In this document: one piece after another, positions 29,817 through 32,000 of the stretch
Numbering within the stretch: position 1 is the stretch's first letter
How the letters are laid out: every line of letters starts with the position of its first letter
Assembly: GCF_900167395.1 (NCBI RefSeq)
Contig: NZ_FUWK01000021.1
Location: forward strand, 14,225-46,224
From: Nitrosomonas europaea
Lineage (GTDB): Bacteria > Pseudomonadota > Gammaproteobacteria > Burkholderiales > Nitrosomonadaceae
DNA length: 32,000 nucleotides
Reading direction: 5' to 3'
Position numbers and translations under genes: made by a program
Notes under the pieces: model-generated
Told to the model about the DNA's origin: nothing
Databases searched by the model: none
What the model saw: the letters and a program-made list of their open reading frames with translations, nothing else

Positions 29817-31670
29817 ATGCCATTCGACCGACGCCACGCCGCGCGCCGATTTATCCAGCCATGCTGTCAGGGGCAGCAGCAATCCCGACCTGTTTCACTT
29901 TTTCCGGTGCACCCCCTGGCACAGATAATCGCCTTCCTCTCAGGAGGGTTCATCCTGTCAGTCAGTTTGCCAGATCCGGCAATTGCTCAAATTGTGGCTC
30001 AAGCCCCCGCGGATAGCCAAACATCCACCGCACGCCAGTACTACAACATTCCAGCCGGCCCGCTGGCCCCTGCCCTGCGCAGCCTGGCCAGTTCGGCAGG
30101 ACTGCTGCTTACCTTTACAGAGGATCAGATCAGCGGAAAAACTACCGGTGGTTTACGGGGGCAATACACCGTGCAGGAAGCACTTGCCCTGCTGCTTGGA
30201 AATAGTGGATTACAAGTCACACGACTGGCCAATGGCAGTTATGTCGTACAGAAAATGAGCACAACCGGATCCTCCCCGGCCAATGTCACTCTGCCCCTCA
30301 TGACAGTGAGTGCACCAACTCTGAAACAAGGCACAGCAGAAGAGGGCTATCGGGTTAGTAATATCAGCGGGATTGGTCTTTGGGGAGAACGCAGTTTGCG
30401 TGATACCCCCTATTCGATAAGTGTCGTCCCTTCAGATCTGATCGAGAACGTCAATGCCCAGAATATGGGACAGATCTTCAAAATGAATCCCCTGACCCAA
30501 GAACCATTCATCCAGAATTTTACCGGTGTTCCCTTTGTCACCATACGAGGATTTCAAACAAGCAGCCCGGTTTATGATGGCATCCATCTCTATGCCAATG
30601 GTTCTGCTGTGTCAGTCATCGAAATCGACCGGGTTGAAATTCTCAGTGGAACCTCAGGTTTTCTCTATGGCGGCAACAGAGTAGGTGGAGCCGTAAACTA
30701 TGTGACTAAGAACTCTACCAATGTCCCGCTCAGAAGGCTGACGTTTGGTAATTACGGTGGGATCCAATTTTACGGCCATGCAGATATCGGCGGGAAATTT
30801 GATGACCGGGGCCGATTCGGTTACCGGGCCAATCTGCTCTATCAGGGGGGAGATACCGCTATCGGCGAACCGATCAACCAGAAAGTGGCCAACATCGTGC
30901 TGGATGGCCACCTTACCGATACCCTCTATGCAGATGTCAAATATACCTATAACGACTACAGCAAAGAGGTGACACAACCTCTCTTTTATATGAGAGAAAG
31001 AACTGCTATTGATACCAGTAAACGTTATTCTCCCAAATGGGCATCCAACGACTTGGAAAGTCATAAAGCTTACACCAGTCTGCGCTGGAATCCCACTAAA
31101 TATTTTACCCTCAGAAGTGCTTTTTTCTATCAGGATACGAGGATGAGAACGAATCAAATATCTTTAGATGAGCAGGCGAACAAGACCTTTATTCCCAGAA
31201 TGACAAACTCCCCTTGGGAAAAGCATGAAAATTATGGAGGGTATATCTACCTGGACACCCGCTTTTCAACGTTTGCCGTCGACCATAAGCTCACGCTTGG
31301 CTATTCTTCTACTTTTCATGAAATGCTTTTACGGGGTAATGGTACTGTTTACCTGTCTGGTAGCACAAATTTCCTGCTGAGTGAACTTAAAAATATAGCT
31401 GAGCCGGATTGGGGGGCATCTTTCGGGAGCGGGTCGATGGCGACTGCCTATACTACCCGAAATGACAATATCCTGATTGGAGATGACATTAGCTTCAATG
31501 ACCAATGGTCTGCAATGGTTGGGCTCAACTATGCTACGACAGCATATAAATTGGATGGTATCTACGGTGACAGCAACTATGAAAAATCTAAGCTGACTCC
31601 TACAGCTTCACTTCTGTATAAACCAATCGAAAAGGTAACCACCTATGTTTCTTATATGGAAGCACTTGAA
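29817..31670 (+). pseudogene. STN-type TonB-dependent receptor (TBDT-6), 3'-truncated by an IS5-family insertion
   Basis: ATG after SD aggag. The STN domain reads QYYNIPAGPLAPALRSLASSAGLLLTF...GQYTVQEALALLLGNSGLQVTRLANGSYVVQ. From LPLMTVS (30291) onward it is highly similar to TBDT-4. Colinearity ends after ...TTYVSYMEALE (31670), where TBDT-4 continues QGTIVGSTY. Here the ORF reads ARAC* into foreign sequence. Confidence 0.88.
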
Positions 31671-32000
31671 GCTAGGGCCTGTTAACACTATTTGTATTAA
31701 AATTACCGAATGGAAATATCTGCATCGCAATTCAAGCTTATTGAAAATCTACTGCCGATACAACGGGGTAACGTCACACTTTCGAATTTGGAAGTGCTCA
31801 ACGCGATTCTGTATGTTGCAGAGCACGGCTGTAAGTGGCGTGGTCTGCCTGTGAAATTCGGCAATTGGCACAGCATTTACACGCGCGCCAACCGTTGGGC
31901 CAGGAATGGCGTCCTGGATCGGGTTTTCCTCGCGCTTCAGCAAAACAAGCTGATACAGCTGGAAGTGGATCACATGTCGCTGGATAGTACGATAGTCAAA
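31671..32000 (+). mobile_element. Left end of an IS5-family insertion sequence (runs off the window)
   Basis: Homology with TBDT-4 breaks abruptly at 31670/31671 (gctagggcctgttaacac...). A transposase ORF starts 39 nt inside the element. The exact first base is uncertain by a few nt, and the right end and target duplication are not visible. Confidence 0.75.
31710..32000 (+). CDS. IS5-family transposase, N-terminal part (partial)
   Basis: Hand translation gives MEISASQFKLIENLLPIQRGNVTLSNLEVLNAILYVAEHGCKWRGLPVKFGNWHSIYTRANRWARNGVLDRVFLALQQNKLIQLEVDHMSLDSTIVK. This is the DUF4096-type N-terminus typical of IS5/IS4-like transposases. It is not in the ORF track because it is edge-truncated. Confidence 0.8.
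   Translation, partial: MEISASQFKLIENLLPIQRGNVTLSNLEVLNAILYVAEHGCKWRGLPVKFGNWHSIYTRANRWARNGVLDRVFLALQQNKLIQLEVDHMSLDSTIVK

Noticed and set aside
30654-31157. 167-aa minus-strand ORF
   Set aside because: It is antisense to TBDT-6. The homologous position in TBDT-4 shows the mirror-image shadow ORF (17554..17982), which confirms it is a by-product of the receptor frame.
1-32000. Search for CRISPR arrays, rRNA, tRNA or tandem repeats
   Set aside because: I saw no regularly spaced direct repeats of 24-40 nt, no rRNA-like conserved blocks and no cloverleaf candidates. The only repeats found are the dispersed ones listed under features.

Overview
This 32-kb window looks like a proteobacterial chromosome segment (about 50% GC by eye) and is essentially an iron/siderophore-receptor island. 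It carries six TonB-dependent receptor (TBDT) genes. Five have an N-terminal STN signalling extension, and two of those five are inactivated by IS elements. There are four FecI-type ECF sigma / FecR-type anti-sigma pairs. Fur-box-like operators sit in front of the sigma genes and in front of the one non-transducer receptor. One co-directional block runs receptor, sigma/anti-sigma, PepSY-TM (FoxB/PiuB-like) protein, DUF3325 protein, then a MacAB efflux pump. macB is missing from the ORF track because it runs off the window edge. Two type II toxin-antitoxin cassettes sit between the iron genes: a ParE-type toxin with an in-frame stop, and a GNAT/DUF1778 TacAT-type pair. A complete IS1182-family element with a 4-bp target duplication and the left end of an IS5-family element are also present. 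I saw no rRNA, tRNA or CRISPR. I found no obviously new multi-gene machine. The points most worth a second look are: (1) domain-level mosaicism among the transducer receptors. One pair shares promoter + signalling domain but has different barrels. Another pair shares plug + barrel but has different signalling domains, and both of its members are IS-killed. (2) The import / reductase-like / efflux block. (3) A short element present twice whose substitutions and indels look coding-like; one copy sits between a Fur box and a hairpin. (4) A 26-nt repeat abutting both TA cassettes, and direct repeats flanking the ParE cassette. (5) A 25-nt motif shared by the two leaders that flank sigma/anti-sigma pair 1. 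Family calls come from motif recognition by eye, and identity estimates are approximate. The gene content resembles what is reported for ammonia-oxidising Nitrosomonas genomes, but that is an untested guess.
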